Shown piece after piece: positions 24,957 through 38,307 of a DNA stretch of 64,000 nucleotides. The stretch's first letter is position 1. Every line of letters starts with the position of its first letter. A program made the translations under genes and the position numbers. This DNA comes from Octopus sinensis (Eukaryota). The stretch is from positions 42,222,001-42,286,000 of the forward strand of contig NC_043005.1 in NCBI RefSeq assembly GCF_006345805.1, read 5' to 3'. The notes beneath the pieces are model-generated. The model saw only the letters and a list, made by a program, of their open reading frames with translations. It ran no database searches and was not told the DNA's origin.

Positions 24957-25726
24957 TAGTTTTATTTTTATAGCGTGCTTTCACTTCACTACCGAGCACA
25001 GCTCTGTGTGCCTTGGGTATGTGCTGTGATTTGTTGTGATGCTCTGATGGTTATTGTATGGAAAGTGTTCTGCGTAGGATGTGTGCAGTGCCTAGTAGTG
25101 CAATTTTCTGTATGTTATATGTGTTTGTAAGTCCTGGTGTTTTTGTTATGTATTTGTCTGAATATTTTTTTATCATGCCTAATGCACCTACTATGATAGG
25201 AATTGTTTCTGTTTTCAGATTCCACATTCTAGTTACCTCTATTTCCAGGTCTTTGTATTTTGAGGGTTTCTCCATTTCTTTTAGAGACACGTTGTCATCA
25301 GCCGGTATTGATACATCAATTAGAAAGCATTTTTTTTCTTCATGATCTCTGACAACTATATCGTCTGTTGGCCTTAATTTCTCTATCTGTGTGTATCGGC
25401 ATATCCCAGAGTATGGTTGCTTTCTCGTTTTCTGTGACCTTTTCTGGTGTGTGCCTATACCATCTTTTTCTGTTGTTATTCCATAATGTTGGCATAGCTT
25501 CCAATGTATGTAGGTTCCAACTCTGTCATGTCTGTGAATATATTCCTCTTAGCCAAGACTGGGCAGCTAGAGATAATATGATTTATTGTTTCTTGTCCAT
25601 CTCCACATATTCTGCAGTTACTTGTAATATTTCTTTTCATTACATGTTTTTGGTAATTTCTGGTGGGGAGGCTTTGGTCTTGTGCTGCAATTAAAAATCC
25701 CTCTGTTTCTGCTTTGAGTCCTGAGC
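24953..25726 (-). mobile_element. Dong-1 3' fragment (unit 2)
   Basis: Same sequence and same truncation point as unit 1. Confidence 0.9.
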
Positions 25727-25729
25727 TTA

Positions 25730-25776
<47 letters not shown>

Positions 25777-25866
25777 TATTATTATTATTATTATTATTAT
25801 TGTCATCAATTACTATTATTATCATCATAATTATTATATTATTATTATTATATTATTATTATATTA

Positions 25867-25908
<42 letters not shown>

Positions 25909-26133
25909 GGTTGGTAGAATTGTTAGCACGCCGGGCGAAATGCTTACAGCATTTCGTCCGTCTTTACATTCAGAATTCAAATTCTGCCGAAGTCGACTTT
26001 ACCTTTCACCCTTTCGGGATCGATAGAATAAGCACCAGTGAAACACTGGAGTTGATGTAATAGACTAGTCCCCTCCCCACAACTTTCAGGTTTTATGCCT
26101 TTAGTAGAAAGGGTTATCATTATTATTACTATC

Positions 26134-26193
<60 letters not shown>

Positions 26194-26197
<4 letters not shown>

Positions 26198-26965
26198 TAG
26201 TTTTATTTTTATAGCGTGCTTTCACTTCACTACCGAGCACAGCTCTGTGTGCCTTGGGTATGTGCTGTGATTTGTTGTGATGCTCTGATGGTTATTGTAT
26301 GGAAAGTGTTCTGCGTAGGATGTGTGCAGTGCCTAGTAGTGCAATTTTCTGTATGTTATATGTGTTTGTAAGTCCTGGTGTTTTTGTTATGTATTTGTCT
26401 GAATATTTTTTTTCATGCCTAATGCACCTACTATGATAGGAATTGTTTCTGTTTTCAGATTCCACATCTAGTTACCTCTATTCCAGGTCTTTGTATTTTG
26501 AGGGTTTCTCCATTTCTTTTAGAGACACGTTGTCATCAGCCGGTATTGATACATCAATTAGAAAGCATTTTTTTTCTTCATGATCTCTGACAACTATATC
26601 TGGTCTGTTGGCCTTAATTTCTCTATCTGTGTGTATCGGCATATCCCAGAGTATGGTTGCTTTCTCGTTTTCTGTGACCTTTTCTGGTGTGTGCCTATAC
26701 CATCTTTTTCTGTTGTTATTCCATAATGTTGGCATAGCTTCCATGTATGTAGGTTCCAACTCTGTCATGTCTGTGAATATATTCCTTCTTAGCCAAGACT
26801 GGGCAGCTAGAGATAATATGATTTATTGTTTCTTGTCCATCTCCACATATTCTGCAGTTACTTGTAATATTTCTTTTCATTACATGTTTTTGGTAATTTC
26901 TGGTGGGGAGGCTTTGGTCTTGTGCTGCAATTAAAAATCCCTCTGTTTCTGCTTTGAGTCCTGAG
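26194..26965 (-). mobile_element. Dong-1 3' fragment (unit 3)
   Basis: Same sequence and truncation point, with several single-base dropouts. Confidence 0.9.
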
Positions 26966-26981
26966 CTTATTATTATTATTA

Positions 26982-27033
<52 letters not shown>

Positions 27034-27058
27034 GTCATCATTATTACTATTATTATCA

Positions 27059-27119
<61 letters not shown>

Positions 27120-27344
27120 GGTTGGTAGAATTGTTAGCACGCCGGGCGAAATGCTTACAGCATTTCGTCCGTCTTTACATTCAGAATTCAAATTCTGCCG
27201 AAGTCGACTTTACCTTTCACCCTTTCGGGATCGATAAAATAAGCACCAGTGAAACACTGGAGTTGATGTAATAGACTAGTCCCCTCCCCACAACTTTCAG
27301 GTTTTATGCCTTTAGTAGAAAGGGTTATCATTATTATTACTATC

Positions 27345-27378
<34 letters not shown>

Positions 27379-27389
27379 TATTATTTATT

Positions 27390-30117
27390 CAGTAGTTTTA
27401 TTTTTATAGCGTGCTTTCACTTCACTACCGAGCACAGCTCTGTGTGCCTTGGGTATGTGCTGTGATTTGTTGTGATGCTCTGATGGTTATTGTATGGAAA
27501 GTGTTCTGCGTAGGATGTGTGCAGTGCCTAGTAGTGCAATTTTCTGTATGTTATATGTGTTTGTAAGTCCTGGTGTTTTTGTTATGTATTTGTCTGAATA
27601 TTTTTTTATCATGCCTAATGCACCTACTATGATAGGAATTGTTTCTGTTTTCAGATTCCACATTCTAGTTACCTCTATTTCCAGGTCTTTGTATTTTGAG
27701 GGTTTCTCCATTTCTTTTAGAGACACGTTGTCATCAGCCGGTATTGATACATCAATTAGAAAGCATTTTTTTTCTTCATGATCTCTGACAACTATATCTG
27801 GTCTGTTGGCCTTAATTTCTCTATCTGTGTGTATCGGCATATCCCAGAGTATGGTTGCTTTCTCGTTTTCTGTGACCTTTTCTGGTGTGTGCCTATACCA
27901 TCTTTTTCTGTTGTTATTCCATAATGTTGGCATAGCTTCCAATGTATGTAGGTTCCAACTCTGTCATGTCTGTGAATATATTCCTTCTTAGCCAAGACTG
28001 GGCAGCTAGAGATAATATGATTTTGTTTCTTGTCCATCTCCACATATTCTGCAGTTACTTGTAACATTTCTTTTCATTACATGTTTTTGGTAATTTCTGG
28101 TGGGGAGGCTTTGGTCTTGTGCTGCAATTAAAAATCCCTCTGTTTCTGCTTTGAGTCCTGAGCTTCTCAACCATTGCTGGGATTTTTCTTTGTCTATTTC
28201 TTTTGCGTTTAGTTTAGTCCAGTATTTACCATGAAGGGGCTTTTCTTGCCATCGTTTTATCATGGTTCGTTGCTGTTCTATTTTTAGTTTGGATTTCATT
28301 TGTTTTATAGCTTTTGTTGTTTCTTCATCTTCTTCTTCTTCTTCATGTTTATTAGGTGGTATGATTTCTTGTTTGTATTTGTCAGCTTCCTTAAATACTG
28401 AGAACAGTTTTTTGTTTTGCTCGTGTTTTGGCGCTATCTGGATCAGTTTTCCTTCCTCTGAAGTAGATATTTTTGCAGTCCTATGGTGGTTATTTTATAG
28501 TAGTTTTCCAGCTGTATAAGGCCTCTACCACCTTCTATACGTTGTATATATAGTCTTTCTATGTCAGATTTTGGGTGATGCATCCTAGATCCTGTCATTT
28601 TTTCTTGTTTTCCTATCTATTTTGGTCAGTTCATTTCGTGTCCAGTTAAGGATATTGTAGCTGTAACTTATAACTGGGACAGCTAAAGTGTTGATACCTA
28701 TTATCTTGTTTTTAGCATTGAGCTCTGTGTTTAGTATTGATCTAACTCGTCTATAATATTCTTTTTTTATTTTCTCTTTCATTTGTGTGTGTTGTGTCTT
28801 ATCTAGTTCATGGATTCCTAAGTATTTGTAAGTTTGGCTTTGGTCTAATTCTTTTATTTCATAGGTTTTATCTAGTGTGATGTTGTTACTCTTAACTAGT
28901 TTTCCTCTTTTCAGGGTTACTTTGGCGCTTTTTCTAATCCAATTTCATATCTATTTCTTTGGTAAATCCATGAACTGTCTTTAATAGTGTTTTCAGCTGT
29001 TTGTCATTTGCAGCGTATAGTTTAGGTCATCCATATATAAAAGGTGGCTGATCGTTTTGCCGTAACATTTATATCCGCATCCAGTTCTATTTAGCATATA
29101 AGATAGAGGTGACAGTGCCAAGCAGAAAAGGAGTGGAGAGAGCGTGTCTCCCTGGAATATTCCTCTTCTAATGGGGATGTCTTTGGTTTCATGAGTCCCT
29201 CTTTTGTTTGGAGGGGTGTAGGACTGTTTGCCATTTATTCATAGAGTGCTCTATGAATTTTATGATTGTTGGTGCTACTTTGTTAATGGCTAGTGTTTCG
29301 AGGATCCATGTGTGGGGGATGCTATCAAACGCCTTTTTGTAGTCAATCCAGGCCATACTGAGGCCTTTCTTCTTTCTGTGGCTGTCTTCAGTTATGGCTT
29401 TATTAATCATTAGTTGATCTTTACAGCCATATGAGCCTTTGCGGCATCCTTTCTGCTCTTCTGGGAACAGCTTGTTTTCGTCCAGGTGCTTGTTCAGCTT
29501 TGTGATATCACTGCAGTAAATGCCTTGAACATAGTAGGGAGGCAGGTTATTGGTCTGTAGTTTTCTGGTTTTCTGTTTCATTTGATTTGGGAATTAAGAT
29601 GGTTTTCCCCTTCGTGAGCCATTCAGGCATTGTCTCTGGCTCTGCTAGTACTTTGTTAAAGTTTTCAGCCAGCTTTTTGTGCATTCCTGTTAGATATTTC
29701 AACCAGAAGTTGGGGATCTTGTCATGCCCAGGTGCCTTCCAGTTGCTTAGTCTTTGCAGTGCCTGGGTGACCTCTTCAGTTGTTATGGGGGTCCAAAGTT
29801 GTTCAGATGCCGAGTTTGTTATTCTGATACTCCTTTTTTTTGGTGGTTCGTTCGCCGACCATATTTCTCCCCAGAATTCTTCCAATTCTTCTGCCGTTGG
29901 TGCTGCAGTGACTTCTATTTTAAGTTTGGAGTTAGAGTTGAACTTTTTGTTTTCTTCAAAGAAGCGTTGGCGTTTCTTGTACCGGCGGATCCTTTGTGCT
30001 TTGGCAAGGATATCTTGCTTCAGCTTTTCTTTTATTTCAGGCAAATCTTTCTCTGTGATGTTATATTTGCGAAGTATTTTTGTTCTTTTTTTGTTGCTCA
30101 GTAGCGTTGATTGATTG

Positions 30118-30120
<3 letters not shown>
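27390..30120 (-). mobile_element. R4/Dong-clade non-LTR retrotransposon (RT, CCHC, REL endonuclease), 5'-truncated and frameshifted
   Basis: RT motifs WKAPGHD, EEQKGCRKG, WIDYKKAFDS, QGDTLSP, LYMDDLKL. CRICG..ET..HIISSC zinc knuckle. RPD..D REL motif. (AAT)n at both ends. Confidence 0.93.
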
Positions 30121-30177
<57 letters not shown>

Positions 30178-30584
30178 GAGTGAGAGAGCAGTGCATGCCA
30201 TCAAAGTGACACTTGGGTACAAATATACGAAGACCAGTATACCCATCATGACTACCCATCTGATAAAGGTACACCAGGCACATGCATCACAACCATATGT
30301 GCACGACATAGTGATCTCATAACAAGATAAACAGCGCATGACCTGGCGGGTGGGGCCCAGTTAGAATTTTCTTCTGGTTGGGTAACCCATCCCACTCAAA
30401 AGGTCCCTGATTAAGGGTTGTTTAAGGATGCTGAATGAAACACCCATGTTTCCAGAGGTGAATCATTCAAACCCCAAAGAATCCCTCTCAACACATGGCT
30501 ATGATGCTCCCCCACTACTTCTACTCGTGATCAGAGAAGCACATATCGTCTGCCACTAAGGGACATGTTCAACTGGTTACGGTC
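30178..30584 (-). mobile_element. Family B element, 5'-truncated
   Basis: Matches 720-1130. Its (AAT)n tail abuts the 5' end of Dong-1. Confidence 0.85.
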
Positions 30585-30588
30585 TATT

Positions 30589-30642
<54 letters not shown>

Positions 30643-31734
30643 CATTTTGTTTATCATATACATGTCTGTGTGTATTCATTATCATTTTATTCCATTTAAA
30701 AAAATGAAGCATGTCTGACAATTCCAGAGTGTATTGAACACATTTTTGTGCGGGACTTTTGATCCACCCAGTAGAATGGTGGGAAGGGATTGGAAAGTGA
30801 GAGAGAAATTGATTTGGATCATTTGCAAAGGCAGCTGACAAATGGTCATTCAGTCTACAGAAAGTAGCAGTTAAAATTCTCACAAATAAAGGTTATAGCT
30901 CCTAGCTATAAGAACAACCGGATTATCTCGGCAGGAACGTCTTTCATCCATAGTTTATCAACAATACCCGATCTTCGAACTAACGAGACTAAGTCTCTGC
31001 AGGGGCAGAATCAAGCTAGATATCACAGTTAATTTTCCTCTCGGAACATATTATACCGTCTTTAATTGGGAAAAGATACACAGGAAAAGCTTGAACAACA
31101 TATACAAACAGAACAAATTATACACACACTTACACGCACAAACACGTGTGTATGTGTGTGTGTGTTTTAGTGTAATGTATATCTATAATAATAAAAGAGA
31201 AATCCTCTCTGTTCATCCGGGACCCCTAAATTTGCTCTATATAGATATATTATACCTTTATGGAATTAAAATGATCCCAGGATTGATAATCTACCCTTCA
31301 TTTGGTTTTTCAACAACCAGCATTGGGATCTGATTTAAAAGCATTTGGGTTGCTATTTCTAGCAGGTAAAACTTGGCTGATTCATACAATCCTGGTTGGT
31401 GTTTGTCAGATGACGTCAGAGATAAAGGGGGAGATAACTGACATTCACTAGGTTAATTTTATGTCAAGACAAGAACTTTGGGACAAATTGGCCAACAGTT
31501 GGATTTCAATTTGGGACTGGAACGATAGAATGATTGTATTAGAGAATTAATTCTCATCCATCCACTGATCATTATAGACGTATTATAGTCATGCTATTTA
31601 GCTCTCTTTAGTTTTCGGCTGCATGACCTGACCGGAGTGCGGCTTTTAAGCTAGTCCTGATTAAAGAGAAGCAAAAGACCACCTTAAAAGTCTTTGTTTC
31701 TGACTGCAATACTTATAACGAGGACAAGATAGCA

Positions 31735-31947
31735 GCATTATCATCATTGTCGTAATCGTCGTCATCGTCATCATCATCAATTGAATTGCAACAATTACGA
31801 CAACAACCACAGTAGCAACAGCAACAACAATAACCAATAGCAGCAGTTGTAACAACACTAAAACAATATCACATGATGATGATGATGATGATCGTGATGA
31901 CGATGACGATGATGACGATGATGACGATGATGATGATGATGACGTTA

Positions 31948-31987
<40 letters not shown>

Positions 31988-32124
31988 CGACGTTAATGAT
32001 GATGAGATGATGATGATGTTAATGATGATGATGATGATGATGATGATGATGGTGGTGGTGGCGGCGGCGGTGGTGGTGGTGGTGGTGGTGATGTTGATGA
32101 GGATGATGGTGGTGGTGGTGATAG

Positions 32125-32173
<49 letters not shown>

Positions 32174-32180
32174 GATATTT
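31735..32180. repeat. Compound (CAT/CAA) then (GAT/GGT)n microsatellite
   Basis: Seen directly. Confidence 0.9.
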
Positions 32181-32770
32181 TTCAACTAAGTAACTCTAAG
32201 TTTCTCCTTGATGACCCTTTCCCAAAGCATTACAATATATATTTTTAGATGACGATTGCTCGCAAGTAAACTGATCATGTTAACTTCCTGAGTCACTGAA
32301 CTTAAAGCAAGAATGAACTATATTTAATGACGGCGTCTCCGACAAGATCGATATCACATGCAATAATGTTTGTTAATAAAATAATTCTTGAGAATATTTA
32401 TCAAAGACAGGAAGATTCAAGTTCATAATTGAATAATCATTCCGACAGAGCAAAATCTCATATTGTATGGAATGTAACTATCTGCATTGGAAGGGAAGAA
32501 GAGTATGGTAGTTCTGAAGCTAATTTCCTTGGTTTTCTTCTTGTTTTGATTAACCTTGAGCAGAAGACGTATATGATGTAACAAAGAAAATGCTAGAATC
32601 AATAACTGCAATGACAAATTGACACCAGGAAGTCTCACTACAACTATATACAATCTGCGAGTTTCAACAACGGATGTAGCACACACATAGATACATGAAC
32701 ATCAACACACACACACATGCATATATATATATATATATATATGTATGTATATATATATATATATATCATG

Positions 32771-32836
<66 letters not shown>

Positions 32837-32964
32837 GTATATATATGTATATATATGTATATATATATATATACATACATATAAATGTTTATATATATAT
32901 ATATATATATACATACATATACATGTATATATATATATATACATGTATATGTATATATGTATAG

Positions 32965-33036
<72 letters not shown>

Positions 33037-33065
33037 GTATGTATATATATATATGTATATATATG

Positions 33066-33097
<32 letters not shown>

Positions 33098-33539
33098 ACA
33101 CACATATGTATGTATGCATTTGATTAATGAAACAGACGGAAGATGGGAGATATGAGAATGTTTCTTAATCACTACAATTGTTTCGACCCATCAGGTGTAT
33201 ACCATGCGATTTATTATCTACTAATATGTGTGCATGTATGTATGTATGTGTATATGTATGTATGTTTGCATGTATGTGTGTATGTATGTATTTGTGTGTG
33301 TATGTGTGCATGTATATGTATGTATAACTATTTATATACGCATGTTTGTGTGTGTATGTGTTCATATGCGTGGCGTAACGTGTATTATCCGAGTGTATTT
33401 GATTCTCTCTACACTTACTTCTAGCATCAAAGGATCACGTCCGGCTATAAAACACTGAGTGGTCAAACATAAAGTAGCAGGAGGCGGGAGAATGACCTAC
33501 TATGACCCTATTTAATAGTTAAAATTTTATTCGTGCATA

Positions 33540-33712
33540 GGGAGGTGACCTGGTAGCGTGGTTATCGCTCCGGGGAAAATGCTTAACATCATTTCGTCCG
33601 TATTTACATTCTGAGTTCGAATTCCGCCGGGGCCGACTTTACTTTTTATTATTCGGGAATCGATAAAATAAGTCCTGGGTTGATATTCCTCTCCCCTAAA
33701 ATTTCTGGCACA
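33540..33712 (-). mobile_element. Family A SINE
   Basis: Sequence contains GAGTTCGAATTCCGCCGGGGCCGACTTT (B-box/core) as written on the + strand. The strand call is uncertain. Confidence 0.55.
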
Positions 33713-34084
33713 CACACATATAAATAGGTGCAGACGTGGCGGCTATGTTAGAAGCTTGTTTCTCAACCACATGGCTCCCTGCTCAGTTCTACTTCGTATC
33801 ACCTTAGGAAAGTATCTTCTGCTTTAGCCCTGGGTCGACCAAAGTCTTATAAGACAGAAACTGTATGAAGTGTGTGTGTGTGTGTGTGATGTATGAACGT
33901 AATGTTTGTGTCTATAAATGTACACCACTTGTGTACGTTTGTGTTTGTCTGTTTTCAAGGCAGTGTCCCAATATGGTTGCAGCGCAATGACTGAAATAAG
34001 TAAAGTATAAAAGATGCATGCGTGTATATATGTGTGTGTGTGGTGTGTGTGTGTGTGTGTGTGTGCATGTATATATGTATGTAT

Positions 34085-34488
34085 GTATACTCTTTTTTAC
34101 TCTTTACTCTTTTACTTGTTTCAGTCATTTGACTGCGGCCATGCTGGAGCACCGCCTTTAGTCGAGCAAATCGACCCCGGGATTTATTCTTTGTAAGCCC
34201 AGTACTTATTCTATCGGTCTCTTTTGCCGAACCGCTAAGTGACGGGGACGTAAACACACCAGCAATGCTAGGGGACAAACACAGACACACAATCACACAC
34301 ACACATATATTATATACATATATACGACAGGCTTCTTTCAGTTTCCGTCTACCAAGTCCACTCACAAGGCATTGGTCGGCCCGGGGCTATAGCAGAAGAC
34401 ACTTACCCAAGATGCCACGCAGTGGGACTGAACCCGCAATCATGTGGTTGGTTAGCAAGCTACTTACCACACAGCCACTCCTGCGCCT
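34085..34488 (-). mobile_element. Family O CORE-like SINE
   Basis: Colinear with 8625-9072. Confidence 0.85.
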
Positions 34489-35289
34489 ATGTATATATAT
34501 ATAATAAATTAATAAATAAAATAAAACATATGCATGTATACATACATATATGTACATACCTACCTCTACATGTATATATACATGCATATATGGGTACAGG
34601 ACACCAAAAAAAAACGTCGAACACAATGAGAAACGAAAACATAAACACAAAACCAGGAAATGGACATTTTTCTTAAACAACGAAAAAATAGAGTACAGGA
34701 CATACAATACAAGGAAAATTCCCCTTCTTCAGTCCGCCTTTGTTTCATCGACTCCGCGTTTCGAAGGTCAAGGCGAGACACGACTTTAATAAAACATTCC
34801 TTCCCGCGAAAAAATTGAGATTTTTTTTGCGGTGGTGGGGTAATAATGGTAACAAAAAAAGGACAGTAACGACAGTACAAAATATAAACAGTAAAAGACA
34901 GGACAAGGAGAATAACAGTAACACAGACAAGAAGGGCTGTTAAGCCAAACGAGATAAAATATTACGAACGCTATTTTTGAGAACGGCGAAGGACCCACAG
35001 AAAATGCCGTCTACACTTGAAGAAAGCCAGGTCAGAAAGACAGTAGCAGAGCTCTCGTCGCGGGTCAACAACGGGAGGGAGGAGGAGGAGCAAGAGAAAG
35101 GGAGAGAAAAAAAGGGGATGGTTGTAGAGAAAATCAGAAAGAATGAAGAATGAGAGAGAGAGAGAGAAGGAGAGACAGTTATATATAAGATTTTAGAGCT
35201 GTCAGCTAAATGGGCTAATAGCCTGCTCCAAACAACCCGATTGTCCTCCTTCCTCCTATCTTCTCTTTAGCCAATCCCCATCAATATTA

Positions 35290-35750
35290 TGTTTTTCCAG
35301 AACGTACTACGCCACCTCTTCCTTTTTCTCAGAGTTTTCTTCCTTCAGACGTGCAGCACAATAACATTGGTAGCATACCACTCCTGCAGTAATCCAAGCG
35401 TATGTCCTGTAAACCATATCTGTCGGATAGTCACTATGTCCAGCAAAATGCCCATACCAGTTCTTTCTATCAGTTTCTTTGTTTCTCACTATACGCCATT
35501 AAGAGATGCCTAGGATTTAACGGTAGCATCGATGACACACATCTAGCAGTTGAGAGGCCTTCACTGCTTTCTTCATAGTTTCATAACAGCAGCTTTATCT
35601 TCTTACTGATGATCTTCGATATCCATATTACACGAAGGCTTCGGAACGCTGACGTTGCTTTACCTATCCAGGTCTTGACTACTGCATCATCACCCTCGCT
35701 CAAATACAACTTCCAAGACACGGAAATTCATCGACGTACACCTAAGAAAA
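35290..35750 (-). pseudogene. RTE-clade LINE reverse transcriptase C-terminal fragment
   Basis: VDEFPCLGS..., VKTWIGKATSAFRSLRVIWISKIISKKIKL and LDVCHRCYR*ILGIS match the RTE RT thumb consensus as I recall it. Confidence 0.75.
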
Positions 35751-36138
35751 GCATGCATTAGAGAGAGATGTGTACCCTAATTCCTAACTTGGTGATTCTT
35801 GCCGACAAATATATTTACACATCAGTTTCTGTTCTGTGTGTATTTCGCTTAGGCATTGTGAGACTAATAACCTGGTGTAATGGAACTCAGTATACATATG
35901 CATGTGTTTCAGAACGAAGCGTTCGTCAAATACAGAGCGGAAATAATAAAATGAGATGACAATGGAATAAACGATTATCGCATGCTCTTTATTAGCTTAC
36001 ATATCTTTCTGTTATAAGAAGCAGTGGACTCATAGTTGAGTACCTGAAGAGAGAGAGAAGGGTGGAGAGAGAGATAGAGGGAAGGAGATAATTATATTTC
36101 ACACTGGTAAAAATATAAAAAAGCAGAAGTTGAAAATC

Positions 36139-36297
36139 CACTGAGAGTCTTTTAGATGGTTTATTTTTGAAGACTTCACCGGTTTCACAAATTTTCTAAA
36201 TCTCAAAAGTTGTTTCAAAAGTTAACTTTTGAAAATCAGAAAAATCTGTGAAACCAGTTAAACCTTTAAGAATAAACTACCTCAAAGACTCTCAGTG
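36139..36297. repeat. Foldback / MITE-like imperfect palindrome
   Basis: CACTGAGAGTCTTT...GGTTTCACAAATTTTCT pairs with AGAAAAATCTGTGAAACC...AAAGACTCTCAGTG. Central palindrome TTCAAAAGTTAACTTTTGAA. Confidence 0.75.
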
Positions 36298-36309
36298 CAT
36301 TTTACACTT

Positions 36310-36394
<85 letters not shown>

Positions 36395-37132
36395 CAAAAG
36401 GATGTGTTATAAAACTATTCCACATAAACAAGAACAGCCATACCAGCAATCCAACATACCTCCATCATCAGTTGCTCCCCAGATAACATTATGGTTTCGA
36501 AATCTGGGCAGTACCATTCAACCCGGCCTTGTCAACAGCACTAAAATAAGTGTTGTTTGGGAACATACATACATACCGAGGAAACTACAGCTTCCAAACA
36601 CATTTACCCTATGTACAACAGTATCGGTAAATAAATTCAATAAGTAAATCTATAAGTAACTCCTAACTATGTAACTAAACAGCGACAAAACTTTTAAGTC
36701 ATACAAAAAATATTCCCTACAGGCTTCCATAGTATAATATAAAAGTGAAAGCTTAATAACCACATTCAATCTAAATATAGGCAGGATTAAACATTGCCTT
36801 TAAAATCAAACTACAACAAAGAAACTCATAAAACTATGTACATCTGTATCGGTATTAATAGTAAACCTCCAATAACTAAATTATATACTAAATAGCGACT
36901 AATCTTTAAGTCCATACAAATAATAATCCCACCAGTCTTCCATAGTTACTACTATAATGAAGTAACGGCGAAAGCTTAATATTCAATTCTCTCCAAAACA
37001 AAACAAGATTGAATTTAATTTAATGAACAATATAACAGTTACGAGTGAAATACATTATTTCATAATTCAAAAGCCCATAATAAAAACACTACATACTCAT
37101 TATTACATATATATATATATATATATATTATT

Positions 37133-37627
37133 GAGTGGGAGAGCAGTGCATGCCATCAAAGTGACACTGGGGAAAAATATACAAAGCCCAGTATGCCCAT
37201 CATGACTACCCGTCTCATAAGGATACACCAGGCACATGCATCACAACCATATGTGCACGACATGGCGATCTCATATCAAGAAAAACAGCGCATGATCTTG
37301 CAGGTGGGGCCCAGTTAGAATTTTCTTCTGGTCGAGTAGCCCATCCCACTCAAAAGGTCCCTGAATAAGGATTGTTTAAGGATGTTGAACGAACCAGCCA
37401 TGTTCCCAAAGGTGAATTATCCAAACCTCCAAGAATTCCTTTCAACATACGGCCATGATGCACCTCCACTACTTCTGCTCATGATCAGAGATGCACATAT
37501 CCTCAGCCACTGAGGGACATGCTCAACTGGTCAAGCTCAAACAACTGACAAGCAAATCTGTGGTATTGAGCAGAATATTTGCTGTAGCCCATCTTTTATA
37601 CTGTAGCCATTATATATATATAAATAC

Positions 37628-37678
<51 letters not shown>

Positions 37679-38231
37679 GAGTGAGAGAGCAGTTCATGCC
37701 ATCAAAGTGACACTGGGGTAAAATATACGAAGCCCAATATACCCATCATGACTACCCGTCTCATAAAGGTACCCAGGCACATGCATCACAACCATATGTG
37801 CGCGACATGGTGATCTCATATCAAGATAAACAGCACATGACCTTGCAGGTGGGGCCCAGTTAGAATTTTCTTCAGGTTGAGTAGCCCATCCCGCTCAAAT
37901 GGTCCCTGAATAAGGGTTGTTTAAGGATGTTGAAAGAACCACCCATGTTTCCAAAGGTGAACTATTCAAACCCCAAACAATCCCTCTCAACACATGGCTA
38001 TGATGCTCCCCCACTACTTCTGCTCGTGATCAGAGATGCACATATCGTCAGCCACTAAGGGACATGCTCAACTGGTTAAGGTCAAACAACTGACAAGCAA
38101 ATCTGTGGTATTGAGCAGAATATTTGCTGTAGCCCATCTTTTATACCAAGACAAAACAATGTACATGATAACACTTCCAACCAGTTAATATCAGAAGCCA
38201 TGAGAGCCACTGCCTGGTACTGCATCAGGGA

Positions 38232-38307
<76 letters not shown>

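Noticed and set aside
23740-27389. Regularly spaced repeats that might suggest a CRISPR-like array
   Set aside because: The units are ~1.2 kb TE duplications with no unique spacers and no cas genes, in eukaryotic DNA.
30760-30890. HPVEWW...SLQKVAVKIL, similar to a hAT dimerisation domain
   Set aside because: Too short and interrupted by stops to support a call.
31182-31451. TCTATAATAATAAAAGAG start and CTAG end, like a non-autonomous Helitron
   Set aside because: The subterminal hairpin is unconvincing and there is a single copy.
34690-34750. Minus-strand CTGAAGA plus stem, a possible fourth hammerhead
   Set aside because: GAAA is replaced by GTAT and stem I/III cannot be formed consistently. 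The surrounding sequence may still be PLE-derived.
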